From Opitutales bacterium (GTDB lineage Bacteria > Verrucomicrobiota > Verrucomicrobiia > Opitutales > JAVBMG01): a DNA stretch of 64,000 nucleotides. Shown here one piece after another: positions 48,757 to 57,593 of this stretch. Both the position numbers and the translations under genes were made by a program. Every line of letters begins with the position of its first letter. The first letter of the stretch is position 1. The notes beneath the pieces are model-generated. The model saw only the letters and a program-made list of their open reading frames with translations. It searched no databases and was not told where the DNA came from. The stretch covers positions 13,795 through 77,794 of the forward strand of contig JAVBMG010000004.1 of NCBI GenBank assembly GCA_031552815.1, read 5' to 3'.

Positions 48757-50325
48757 ATGGCTTTGACTCATTTAAGTTTTAACAACGTTGAATTCGGATA
48801 TCCGGGCATGAGTATGCCTCTGTTTAGTGGATTGACTATACAGTTTCCCGAAGAATGGACTGGTATTATCGGGCCTAATGGGGCTGGAAAGACAACGTTA
48901 TTGCGTGTGGCTTGTGGAGCGTTTGAACCATTGTCGGGCATTGTTCAACGACAGGGTAAGACGTTTTATGTTGCGCAAAGGACTGATGATATTCCTGCAT
49001 ATTTTGAAGATTTTCTTTGGTCTCCGGATGCCGCAATGATAAAGTCGCGTTTATGTATCGGTGACGATTGGTTTGAACGATGGAATACTCTCAGTCACGG
49101 CGAACGAAAACGATCGCAAATTGCCATCGCATTATGGTTTGAGCCGGATATACTTGCGCTTGACGAACCGACAAACCATATCGATACAGATGCACGTCGG
49201 TTACTTGTACAGATCTTAAAGGAATTCCACGGTACGGGATTATTGGTTAGTCATGATCGAGAACTATTGGATGAATTATGCACTCATTGCCTGATGTTGG
49301 AACCACCGGTTGCTAGACTTCGACCGGGAGGGATTACCGATGCACTTGCACAGGAGGAAATTGACTTCAGAACAGCTCAGTACGAAAGCGATACATTGCG
49401 AAGAACGGCCTTACGCTTGCGTGAAGAAGCACAGCGCAGACGGATGGCCGCAGAGCAAAAAGCGGCAGACATGCGCGGTTCAAAGCAAAAGAAAAGCTCT
49501 ATACATGACCATGACGCACGGGCAAAACGCATTCTGGCGAAAATGACAAGCAAAGATACTTATGCAGGTAAACTTGTCGGGCAGATGACGCAGCGTGCTT
49601 CATCAATTGAAGCACAGAGAGCTGAAATACCTGTTCAAAAACGTTATGAAACAGGGATTTGGATAGACAGGGCATCGTATATACCACGAGACTTTTTGCT
49701 ACGTTTGCCGGCAGGTAAACTTTTGCTTAATAAAGGGAACGATGACGACGATAGCGTGGAAAACGAATCCAGAGTATTATGCTATCCTGATCTGGTAATC
49801 GGCGGCAAAGACAGAATTGCTTTAACGGGTGCAAACGGTTTAGGCAAAAGTACGTTGATTCGGTATATACTTTCGCATTTACAAATTCCTGAAGAAAATC
49901 TGATAAATATACCTCAGGAAATAACGGCAGAGGAATCGCGTTTATTATTGGGAAGAATAAAAGAACTACCGAATGAAGATCAGGGGCGAATCATGACAAC
50001 GATCAGTCGGTTAGGCTCTCGTCCTGCACGATTATTGGAAAGCGAACAACCAAGTCCCGGTGAGATACGAAAGTTATTGCTGGCTTTAGGTATTATACGG
50101 GGTCCGCATTTCATAATAATGGACGAACCGACCAATCACATGGACTTACCTAGCATTCTTTGCCTGGAAGAGGCATTGGCTGATTGTCCATGTGCAATGC
50201 TGCTGGTAAGTCATGATAAGTCCTTCTTACAAAAGACGACAGTATTGCATTGGGAGCTGCAACCTGAAAAAGCGATTGACGGTACGATAAAAAACTCGCG
50301 GTTAGTCATAATGTCCAACCGCTGA
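48757..50325 (+). CDS. ABC-F family ATPase (two ABC domains, no TM domain)
   Basis: Walker A motifs are GPNGAGKTT and GANGLGKST. Signature motifs are LSHGERKR and PSPGEIRK. Walker B motifs are LALDEPTNH and IIMDEPTNH. A charged linker separates the two domains. Confidence 0.85.
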   Translation: MALTHLSFNNVEFGYPGMSMPLFSGLTIQFPEEWTGIIGPNGAGKTTLLRVACGAFEPLSGIVQRQGKTFYVAQRTDDIPAYFEDFLWSPDAAMIKSRLCIGDDWFERWNTLSHGERKRSQIAIALWFEPDILALDEPTNHIDTDARRLLVQILKEFHGTGLLVSHDRELLDELCTHCLMLEPPVARLRPGGITDALAQEEIDFRTAQYESDTLRRTALRLREEAQRRRMAAEQKAADMRGSKQKKSSIHDHDARAKRILAKMTSKDTYAGKLVGQMTQRASSIEAQRAEIPVQKRYETGIWIDRASYIPRDFLLRLPAGKLLLNKGNDDDDSVENESRVLCYPDLVIGGKDRIALTGANGLGKSTLIRYILSHLQIPEENLINIPQEITAEESRLLLGRIKELPNEDQGRIMTTISRLGSRPARLLESEQPSPGEIRKLLLALGIIRGPHFIIMDEPTNHMDLPSILCLEEALADCPCAMLLVSHDKSFLQKTTVLHWELQPEKAIDGTIKNSRLVIMSNR

Positions 50326-50356
50326 CGTAAAAAGAAAAATACAGTAGCATTTGTTG

Positions 50357-51433
50357 TTACTTGGTATTTATCTTATATATGCAGGTATGCTTATATTCCT
50401 CTGTCGGAGATAATAGGGTCGATGGAAAACTCACATGATTAGGACTATCCGGGAAATGTTGCGTTTCCAGAGCCAAGGATGCCCTACGATTATAGGTTTT
50501 TTCATCTTTTCCGATAATGGAACCGTCAAAAAAATTACCTCCGTAGAACTGAATTCCGGGTTCAGTTGTCCAGACTTCCAGGTAACGGCCTGATACAGGC
50601 TCATAAACTGATGCTGCAAATTCTAGGGCATCCTTTGTTTTTCTCTTCAGTATCCAGTTATGATCATACCCATGTCCATGTTTCAACTGAACGTAGTCAT
50701 TATCCACCCGCTCTCCGATAAGGGTTGGTTTTTGGAAATCCATGGGTGTATTTGTTACGGATAATAGTTCTCCTGTCGGTATCAAGACTTCATTTACAGG
50801 AGTAAATTTATCCGCATTTATCATGAGCTGGTGGTCATTGATTGTACCGTTTCCCGCTCCATGAAGATTGAAAAAAGAGTGATGGGTTAGATTCACAATC
50901 GTTTTTTTATCGGTCGTTGCATAGTGAGTCACGATAAATTCATTTTCATCATTGAGCTCATAAACCATTCTGACATTTAAGTTCCCCGGATAGCCTTCTT
51001 CTCCGTCCTTTGAAACATAAGTAAATTCCAATGTCTGGGCATTCACCTGTTTTGCGTCCCAAACAACCATGTCAAATCCCTTGTTTCCTCCATGCAGGCT
51101 ATTCGGCGTATTGTTTATCGGTAACTGGCAGGTAATCCCATCCAGCTTGAACTTACCATTTGCGATGCGGTTTCCGTAGCGTCCGATTGTCGCGCCGAGG
51201 AAACGTTCGCCTTTGAAGTGAACATACTTGTCTATATGATTATGTCCCAGGACGATATCGGTAAACTGTCCGTTTTTATCCGGCGCCCAGAATTCAACAA
51301 CCCTGGCTCCGAAATTAGTCACAGTGATCTCGATTCCATTTTTGTTTCTGAGCGAGTACAGATCCGTTAGTTTTCCGTCAACGGTTGATTGGAAATCAGA
51401 CCGTTTCATTTTCGAATACTGAAGATTTTCCAT
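50357..51433 (-). CDS. galM: Aldose 1-epimerase (galactose mutarotase family)
   Basis: The sequence has LHGGNKGFDMVVWDA, NLTHHSFFNL and LALETQHFPDSPN. Confidence 0.9.
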   Translation of the reverse strand: MENLQYSKMKRSDFQSTVDGKLTDLYSLRNKNGIEITVTNFGARVVEFWAPDKNGQFTDIVLGHNHIDKYVHFKGERFLGATIGRYGNRIANGKFKLDGITCQLPINNTPNSLHGGNKGFDMVVWDAKQVNAQTLEFTYVSKDGEEGYPGNLNVRMVYELNDENEFIVTHYATTDKKTIVNLTHHSFFNLHGAGNGTINDHQLMINADKFTPVNEVLIPTGELLSVTNTPMDFQKPTLIGERVDNDYVQLKHGHGYDHNWILKRKTKDALEFAASVYEPVSGRYLEVWTTEPGIQFYGGNFFDGSIIGKDEKTYNRRASLALETQHFPDSPNHVSFPSTLLSPTEEYKHTCIYKINTK

Positions 51434-51450
51434 AATATTCGGTGAATAAA

Positions 51451-52788
51451 TTATTTCCCGACCAACTCTTTCTGGAGTTGTTCGAGTGATTTATTCTTTG
51501 TCTCCGGTATAAGAAGAGCGAAGACAAAACTGCCAGCCGTCATGACAGCAAAGAATCCAAAGATATAGGTCGCCCAGTTCCCGTTCCTTACGAAAATAGG
51601 AAACATCCATGTCAAGGCGGCACACCAAACCCAGTGGGTCATGCTACCGAGCACTTGTCCCTTGGCACGAACACTGTTCGGGAAAATTTCCGCAATTAAT
51701 ACCCAGATAACAGCTCCGAGCGAGATGGCAAAGAAGGCAATAAACCCCATCAAACACATAAGCATGTAGTATCCTGAAATGGAATCCAGGTAATAGAATC
51801 CTCTGGCAACCAAGGCGAGTGATACCGTCATTCCAAATGCCCCAATATAGAGTAACGTTTTCCGTCCAATCTTATCAATCAAAGACATGCCGATCATGGT
51901 AAAAGTCAGATTTGTTAATCCAATGATGATCGACTGCATCATTGCCGATTCCTTGAATATTCCGGACATTTCGAATATCCGGGGAGCATAATAGAGAATT
52001 GCATTAATACCTGACAATTGATTGAAGGTCGACATCAGAAAAGCAATGAGAATGGGTTTACGGTATTCCCACTGAAACAGTTTGCTACCTTCTTTTCCAA
52101 TAGCGGCAACAGATAACGATTCTTTTATGTCCCTTACTTCATCGGCGACTTCTTCATCGCCTACTTTTGCAATTACCTCTCTTGCTTCGTTTTCTCTGCC
52201 TTTGCTGACTAACCAGCGCGGACTTTCAGGAACTGTAAATAACAAGACACAGAAGAGAAGGGCAGGGATACCTTCAACGCCTAGCATCCATTGCCAGTCA
52301 TGAGCAATACCGCTAATAAAATAGTTGGAAATAAATGCGAGCACAATACCAAGCACGATATTAAATTGAAAGAATGCGACAAATCTGCCTCTCCAATGAG
52401 AGGGTGAAATTTCGGCAATATACATAGGTCCGATAACGGAAGAAGCTCCAACGGCAAGTCCTCCGATAAAACGGAAGATCATGAATGAATGCCAATTGAT
52501 AATGGCCGCGCTTCCGATCGCAGACACAAAATATAAAAGTGCAATGAATATCAGCGATCTGAGTCTTCCGTATTTCTCTACAGGTCCACTGCAAATGAGG
52601 GCACCGATAATCGTGCCGATGAGAGCCGTTGCCATGGTAAATCCATGCCAGAAATTATCTAGATGATAGATACTCTGGATGGACTGTTCAGCCCCGGAGA
52701 TAACGGCGGTGTCGAACCCGAAGAGCAAACCGCCCAAGGAAGCGACAAACGCAATATAAAACATGAAACCTTTAATAGATTCTTTCAT
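51451..52788 (-). CDS. MFS sugar-porter-family transporter (XylE/GalP/AraE-like)
   Basis: I set the start at ATG 52788; the longer ORF would overlap the upstream gene. The sequence has GGLLFGFDTAVISGA, EKYGRLRS, PESPRWL and PETKNKSLEQL. Confidence 0.9.
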   Translation of the reverse strand: MKESIKGFMFYIAFVASLGGLLFGFDTAVISGAEQSIQSIYHLDNFWHGFTMATALIGTIIGALICSGPVEKYGRLRSLIFIALLYFVSAIGSAAIINWHSFMIFRFIGGLAVGASSVIGPMYIAEISPSHWRGRFVAFFQFNIVLGIVLAFISNYFISGIAHDWQWMLGVEGIPALLFCVLLFTVPESPRWLVSKGRENEAREVIAKVGDEEVADEVRDIKESLSVAAIGKEGSKLFQWEYRKPILIAFLMSTFNQLSGINAILYYAPRIFEMSGIFKESAMMQSIIIGLTNLTFTMIGMSLIDKIGRKTLLYIGAFGMTVSLALVARGFYYLDSISGYYMLMCLMGFIAFFAISLGAVIWVLIAEIFPNSVRAKGQVLGSMTHWVWCAALTWMFPIFVRNGNWATYIFGFFAVMTAGSFVFALLIPETKNKSLEQLQKELVGK

Positions 52789-52819
52789 TTTGATAGGAGT
52801 ATTTAGTTTGCAGTATTGG

Positions 52820-54889
52820 TTAAATTCCAAATTCGATGCGGTTAATGACATGGTCCTGGTAACATTCGTCCAGCTCAACAAAATAACCGCTCCATCCCCA
52901 TACGCGAACAATCAGATGACGGTATTGCTCGGGGTGTTTCTTTGCATCAAGTAATTTTTCTCTGCTTACGGTATTCAATTGCAATTGGTGTCCTCCAAGC
53001 ATAATGAATGTTTTCACTAACATACCGAGTTTGTTTACACTTTCTTCATTGCGGAAAACGGACTGATCAAATTCCAGTGTCAGCGGACCGCCATTGATCA
53101 CATTAACCAGATTAGGTTTGGAGAATGATTTTATCACCGATATCGGACCTTTCTGATCCATGAACAAACTGGGTGAATAATTGGCCGGTATCATTTCCCC
53201 GGCTGTACGTCCATCCGGAGTGGCACCAAGGTCATTCGCGTGAAATATGTAGTACATCGCTGTACCGGTTCCGGCACGGTAGATTCCACCACGTTCGTTG
53301 ACTTTCCCATTTAATGCATGGTCGAATGAATCCAGGAGCCTTGTACATAGCGAATCGACATAGTCGTCGTCCTGTCCCATTTTGGGTGCTTCCTTGCGGA
53401 GCAATTTTTGCAGTTCCGGTTCATTCCTGAAGTTGTTGGAAATCGCATCCATCAAGGTGCTGTAGCTGACGCGTTTTTCCTCGAAATAGTATTTTTTGAT
53501 TGCTGCCAGCGAATCTGCGGCAGTGGCAATTCCTGTTCCATGGATACCGTAGTTATTGTATTTGGAGCCAAGCGAGATATCCTTCGCATTTTTCACGGTA
53601 CCATCCATGAGCAAGGACATCATCGGTGCCGGAATGATATATGTACTTTTATGTTTTTCGCAGATAGCATCCACCCGTTTCTGAATTTCCTGTTCCACGG
53701 TCTTATAGAATGATTCATAATCAGGACATTCATTAAGCTTTGGGAAGCATTCCTTCACGCAACTGATAAGCGATACTGCATCAATGTTGGGAATATCCAG
53801 GGCGTATTTTGGTATGATAAACTCCCAACAGGCGGCTACCACGTAATTGTAGGCATCTTCCTTTGCATAGCCTTTTCGCATCAGTCCGGGGATAATGATA
53901 TCATCATTGCTGTATTGCGGAAATCCAAGGCCCTTCTTTGTGAGTTGCGAACCCAGTTGAAATATTTCATCCGGCGTATCTTTATCAACACGGATGTTTA
54001 TTTTAGGATCAATCAATTTCAGTTCGTAACTGGCTTTTAAGCACATTTTCGAGAGTTCATTGAACATATACTCTCCGTTGGTATTGCGTCCTCCGAGCAC
54101 CATGCTTTGACCATTGTCTCCTTGTTGCATGCCTGGATACAGATCGCTATCCTTATTGCACATCAGGAAGAATTCCTCAATGAGGTCAAATGCTTCATTC
54201 TCAGTCAGGGTCCCATTCATGATGTCATTCTTATAGAAAGGATAAATATACTGGTCAAAGCGTCCCAATGTATTATGATAATTGTCTGCTTCCCAAATAG
54301 AAAAATGAAGAACACGCAATAATTGCAATGCTTCTCTCAGCGTCTTGGCTCCGTCTGTTTTAATTGCCTTCAGTACGTTTGCTGTGTCTTCTTCTCCCAT
54401 GAGACGGGCATAGTTCTCATATTTCCCGATGGTTTTCTGAACGGAAATAACACAGGTAAGGGCAGCATTCAGAAAAATGGTACCTTCCTGATCCAGACTG
54501 GTATCTTTCAGCCTTTCTTCGATTTCCTTTTTACGGGCTTCCAGTCCCACTTTTATCGTAGTTTCATAATCAGCCGAAATGTTGCATACTGTGCCGCGCT
54601 CGTGAATATAATGCGTTTCTTTTATTTTATCCCATTCGTCTTTTGTGTAAATGCTGGGAATCGTGCTGACGGTTCTGGTAAAAACAATTTTTTCACCCGG
54701 AAGAATAATCGGCATTTCCGCATCAAGAAGGGTCGAAAAACAAACAGCAGATCGCATTATCGGATGCATGTTTTCCTTGAAAAAAGATTCATTGAGAGTG
54801 TCAATGCCTAGTCCTTCCGAACTCCTACGGAACTGGTGGTGTTTTTTGTCTAGGATATATTCTTTTAGGCTTTTTATTCTCTGGTTCAT
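52820..54889 (-). CDS. Glycyl-radical enzyme, PFL2 (glycerol-dehydratase/CutC-like) branch, unusually short (689 aa), substrate unknown
   Basis: The C-terminal radical motif is IVRVWGWSGYFVELD (G665, codon 52895-52897). The Cys loop is VVAACWEFIIP (C354, codon 53828-53830; E356). PFL2-like segments LRVLHFSIW and GRFDQYIYPFY are present. Confidence 0.9.
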   Translation of the reverse strand: MNQRIKSLKEYILDKKHHQFRRSSEGLGIDTLNESFFKENMHPIMRSAVCFSTLLDAEMPIILPGEKIVFTRTVSTIPSIYTKDEWDKIKETHYIHERGTVCNISADYETTIKVGLEARKKEIEERLKDTSLDQEGTIFLNAALTCVISVQKTIGKYENYARLMGEEDTANVLKAIKTDGAKTLREALQLLRVLHFSIWEADNYHNTLGRFDQYIYPFYKNDIMNGTLTENEAFDLIEEFFLMCNKDSDLYPGMQQGDNGQSMVLGGRNTNGEYMFNELSKMCLKASYELKLIDPKINIRVDKDTPDEIFQLGSQLTKKGLGFPQYSNDDIIIPGLMRKGYAKEDAYNYVVAACWEFIIPKYALDIPNIDAVSLISCVKECFPKLNECPDYESFYKTVEQEIQKRVDAICEKHKSTYIIPAPMMSLLMDGTVKNAKDISLGSKYNNYGIHGTGIATAADSLAAIKKYYFEEKRVSYSTLMDAISNNFRNEPELQKLLRKEAPKMGQDDDYVDSLCTRLLDSFDHALNGKVNERGGIYRAGTGTAMYYIFHANDLGATPDGRTAGEMIPANYSPSLFMDQKGPISVIKSFSKPNLVNVINGGPLTLEFDQSVFRNEESVNKLGMLVKTFIMLGGHQLQLNTVSREKLLDAKKHPEQYRHLIVRVWGWSGYFVELDECYQDHVINRIEFGI

Positions 54890-55644
54890 AAGACTATGGT
54901 TTTTATATTATTTTCTTGAAATACGTTGTATACACAAGGTTCTTTTTCCGTATCGAAAAGCGGTTTATATTCCTGACCGATCATGGCATATTTTGCCCCG
55001 GCTGTTTTATGATAACGTAGTATTTCAATGCGAAGCAACGACGGGGCGTCTTTTATTAATGATAGGAGATTAAGCATGTTTTCCTTTGAGTCATTGACCC
55101 CGGGGATCAATGGTATCCGGATGATAAAATCAATATTGGATGAACAGAGGTACTCCAGGTTTTTCAGAATCAACCGATTGTCCACTCCCGTATATTTTTT
55201 GTGTATTGCCGGATCGGTATGCTTCATATCCAGCATAACCAGATCAAGCATCGGTATTATCTTTTGAAATATATCCGGAGTGGCATATCCACTGGTTTCT
55301 ATTGCGGAATGTATATCCGGCTTTATCTTGCCTAGAAACTCGGCAACGAATTCCGATTGGAAAAGCGGTTCGCCGCCGGTAAGGGTTATACCTCCCTGGT
55401 TTAACTTATATATATCCTTATTCCTTAATACCTGGTGGGCGAGTTCGGTGGATGAAATCTCGTAGCCACAGATTACACGTTCATTTTTCTTTATCATAAA
55501 CTGAGGAACAGGGGAGATTCCTTCGGGATTATGACACCAGGAGCAACGTAGCGGGCATCCTTTCAGAAATATAGTTGTTCTGATTCCGGGTCCGTCATGT
55601 ATAGCAAATTCCTCTATGCTAAAAACAATGCCTTTCTTTTCCAT
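54886..55644 (-). CDS. Glycyl-radical-enzyme activating enzyme (radical SAM, PflA-like short form)
   Basis: The sequence has HDGPGIRTTIFLKGCPLRCSWCHNPE (CxxxCxxC) and GGITLTGGEPL. It has no CX2CX2CX3C ferredoxin-type insert. The stop forms an ATGA overlap with the GRE start (54886-54889). I preferred ATG 55644 over 55674. Confidence 0.9.
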   Translation of the reverse strand: MEKKGIVFSIEEFAIHDGPGIRTTIFLKGCPLRCSWCHNPEGISPVPQFMIKKNERVICGYEISSTELAHQVLRNKDIYKLNQGGITLTGGEPLFQSEFVAEFLGKIKPDIHSAIETSGYATPDIFQKIIPMLDLVMLDMKHTDPAIHKKYTGVDNRLILKNLEYLCSSNIDFIIRIPLIPGVNDSKENMLNLLSLIKDAPSLLRIEILRYHKTAGAKYAMIGQEYKPLFDTEKEPCVYNVFQENNIKTIVL

Positions 55645-55920
55645 GAAGTATTTTTGGGCAGGTACGTAACACAAATTAATTTATAAGGCTATCTTTGCAA
55701 GTTGTTTTTCGGATTCGTTCAAACGGGAGATGAAGAAACTTGCGAAGGTAGAAATAGTCATGCCAGTGGCATAAAACAGGCGTAAATACATCGAAGCAAA
55801 TTGTGTCTAGGGGAACGCTATAACACGTCAGGAATTTTAAATACAAGCTTCTGCACAATTTAGGTTTATCAACAATGAAGAATGCGTAAGGGTTTTACAG
55901 CATAAGTAAAACTATAGAGA

Positions 55921-57294
55921 TTATTTTACTCTTTGATTCGTAAATGCTACATCCATTTCTGCGCCTTTATCACCTTGTTGAAGCATCCATTTTTTCAGCT
56001 CGGATTCCATTGTCACGATTCTTTCTGCATATTGCGGATCTGCCGCAAGATTGTTTAATTCCCATGGGTCTTCCTCCAGATCATAAAATTCAATTGCCGG
56101 TCTTGTCTCAAAACGATCCACCAGATTTTTGGCTTGCGGATCAACATCGGCACTTTCCAACCAACTTGCCCAAACCTGTGTCCTATCCTTGATGTTCATC
56201 ATGTGTTTTTCGAAATATTTGGCATCAGGGGTAAGATTGAGAATGAGTTTATAGCGTTTATCCTGTATACTCCGTATCGGATAGGAGGGACCTTCGGGAA
56301 TATTATTGTGTATGCCGTATGCCCAGTTGCGATGGTCTTTCTCTTTTCCGTACAAAACCTGCAGAAAACTTTTTCCGTCTATGTCTTGAATGGCTTTTCC
56401 TCCGGCAAATTCAACCAGGGTCGGTAGAATGTCTTCATATTGGACAAGGGCATCGGATCGGGAACCTGCCGTTATCGCTTTGGGATAGCGAGCAAGTAAT
56501 GCGCTGCTTTGTCCGTACTTCCAGCAGGTCCATTTGCCTCCCGGAAATTGAGGACCTTGTTCACCCAGGAAAATCACAAGGGTATGGTCCAGTTTTCCGG
56601 TTTCTTCCAAGACTTTTAACACAGCGCCAACTTCGTCATCCAAGGCTCCGATTTCGGCGATGAAGTTTCGGAACAATGTCCGGGTTTCTTTGTTATCCAC
56701 AAAAGCAGGGGGCAAGACCATTTTTTCCGGATCAAATCTGCTCTGATCGCCCATGGTCCAAGGCACATGCGGATTGGTGCTGCAAACAAAAAGACAATAG
56801 GGCTGATTACTTTCTGTAATGAACTTCCTGATCCCATCCGTTGTGTAATAGGCCGTAGGAGAAATACAGTTTTCTTCAAAACCGGGAATGTCTTCGAATC
56901 GATAAACCGAACGCGGTTCTGTGTGTTGTTTGCCCGTCCGTCCCACCCTGTAACCGATTTCGGGCAAATAGGAAGTGATGCTTTTTATATTGGGATATGA
57001 GTTTTTGTGATTCTGGTACGCACCGTGCCTGACCGGATACAGCCCTGTATACATGGAGGCCCGAATCGGTACGCACATGGTACAGGATGCATAATTTCCG
57101 GTAAAAAGAACACCTTCTCGGGCAATTCTGTCAATATTGGGAGTCTTTATATTTTTCCCTCCGTAACAACTCAGTTCATTGGAAGCTAAATCGTCTGCTA
57201 TGATGACAACAATATTAGGTTTTTCTGCTGCTATGACCGGCAATGGGATCAGGGGTAGTATCCAATAGGCAATCTTTATAAAATGTGTCCTCAT
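55921..57294 (-). CDS. Cys-type sulfatase (formylglycine-dependent)
   Basis: The protein has a signal peptide. The sequence shows PNIVVIIADDL and the formylglycine motif CVPIRASMYTG (CxPxR). The product is 457 aa. Confidence 0.9.
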   Translation of the reverse strand: MRTHFIKIAYWILPLIPLPVIAAEKPNIVVIIADDLASNELSCYGGKNIKTPNIDRIAREGVLFTGNYASCTMCVPIRASMYTGLYPVRHGAYQNHKNSYPNIKSITSYLPEIGYRVGRTGKQHTEPRSVYRFEDIPGFEENCISPTAYYTTDGIRKFITESNQPYCLFVCSTNPHVPWTMGDQSRFDPEKMVLPPAFVDNKETRTLFRNFIAEIGALDDEVGAVLKVLEETGKLDHTLVIFLGEQGPQFPGGKWTCWKYGQSSALLARYPKAITAGSRSDALVQYEDILPTLVEFAGGKAIQDIDGKSFLQVLYGKEKDHRNWAYGIHNNIPEGPSYPIRSIQDKRYKLILNLTPDAKYFEKHMMNIKDRTQVWASWLESADVDPQAKNLVDRFETRPAIEFYDLEEDPWELNNLAADPQYAERIVTMESELKKWMLQQGDKGAEMDVAFTNQRVK

Positions 57295-57593
57295 ATTAAT
57301 TTCAATAACAGGAGGTAGGTTTATTTCGAATATAAAATGGGTGTGAGATAAATATGTGAAGATAAATTAATCAGATTGTCGCGAAAGCAATGTTCGTTTT
57401 GAAGGCAAGTTCCTGCTTATTAGTAGAAATTAATCGAAACAAGTCGGAAGTATGGGTGTTGTTCATCTTTAATCGAGATGACTTCTCTGCTCGGATACAC
57501 ATCGGTTGGCCAATAGCGTCACTCGCTTATCGAATCAAAAACAATAAATGAATGTGTTACGGGGAGGAGAACAGACTCAAACACAATACGAAT

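Noticed and set aside
52789-52911. A 41-codon upstream extension of the MFS transporter ORF overlaps the 3' end of the GRE gene. Similar upstream extensions occur at 14636-14755 (eda), 55645-55674 (activase), 57552-57593 (GH2) and 34579-34608 (DUF418).
   Set aside because: The extensions overlap well-supported neighbouring genes or lack signal or TM character. Internal ATGs give N-termini that match the family patterns.
52820-54889. I considered whether the short glycyl-radical enzyme is an anaerobic ribonucleotide reductase (NrdD), which has a similar length.
   Set aside because: It has no ATP-cone, no C-terminal zinc-binding cysteine cluster and no NrdD-type motifs. It carries PFL2-type segments instead (GRFDQYIYPFY and a Cys-x-Glu loop). 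Its activase is a ~250-aa PflA-like protein, not the small NrdG.
55675-55920. I considered whether the 245-nt leader upstream of the GRE activase is a riboswitch.
   Set aside because: I could not recognise any known riboswitch core (for example B12, SAM, TPP or glycine) by eye, and I saw no convincing terminator/antiterminator pair. A covariance-model scan would be needed.
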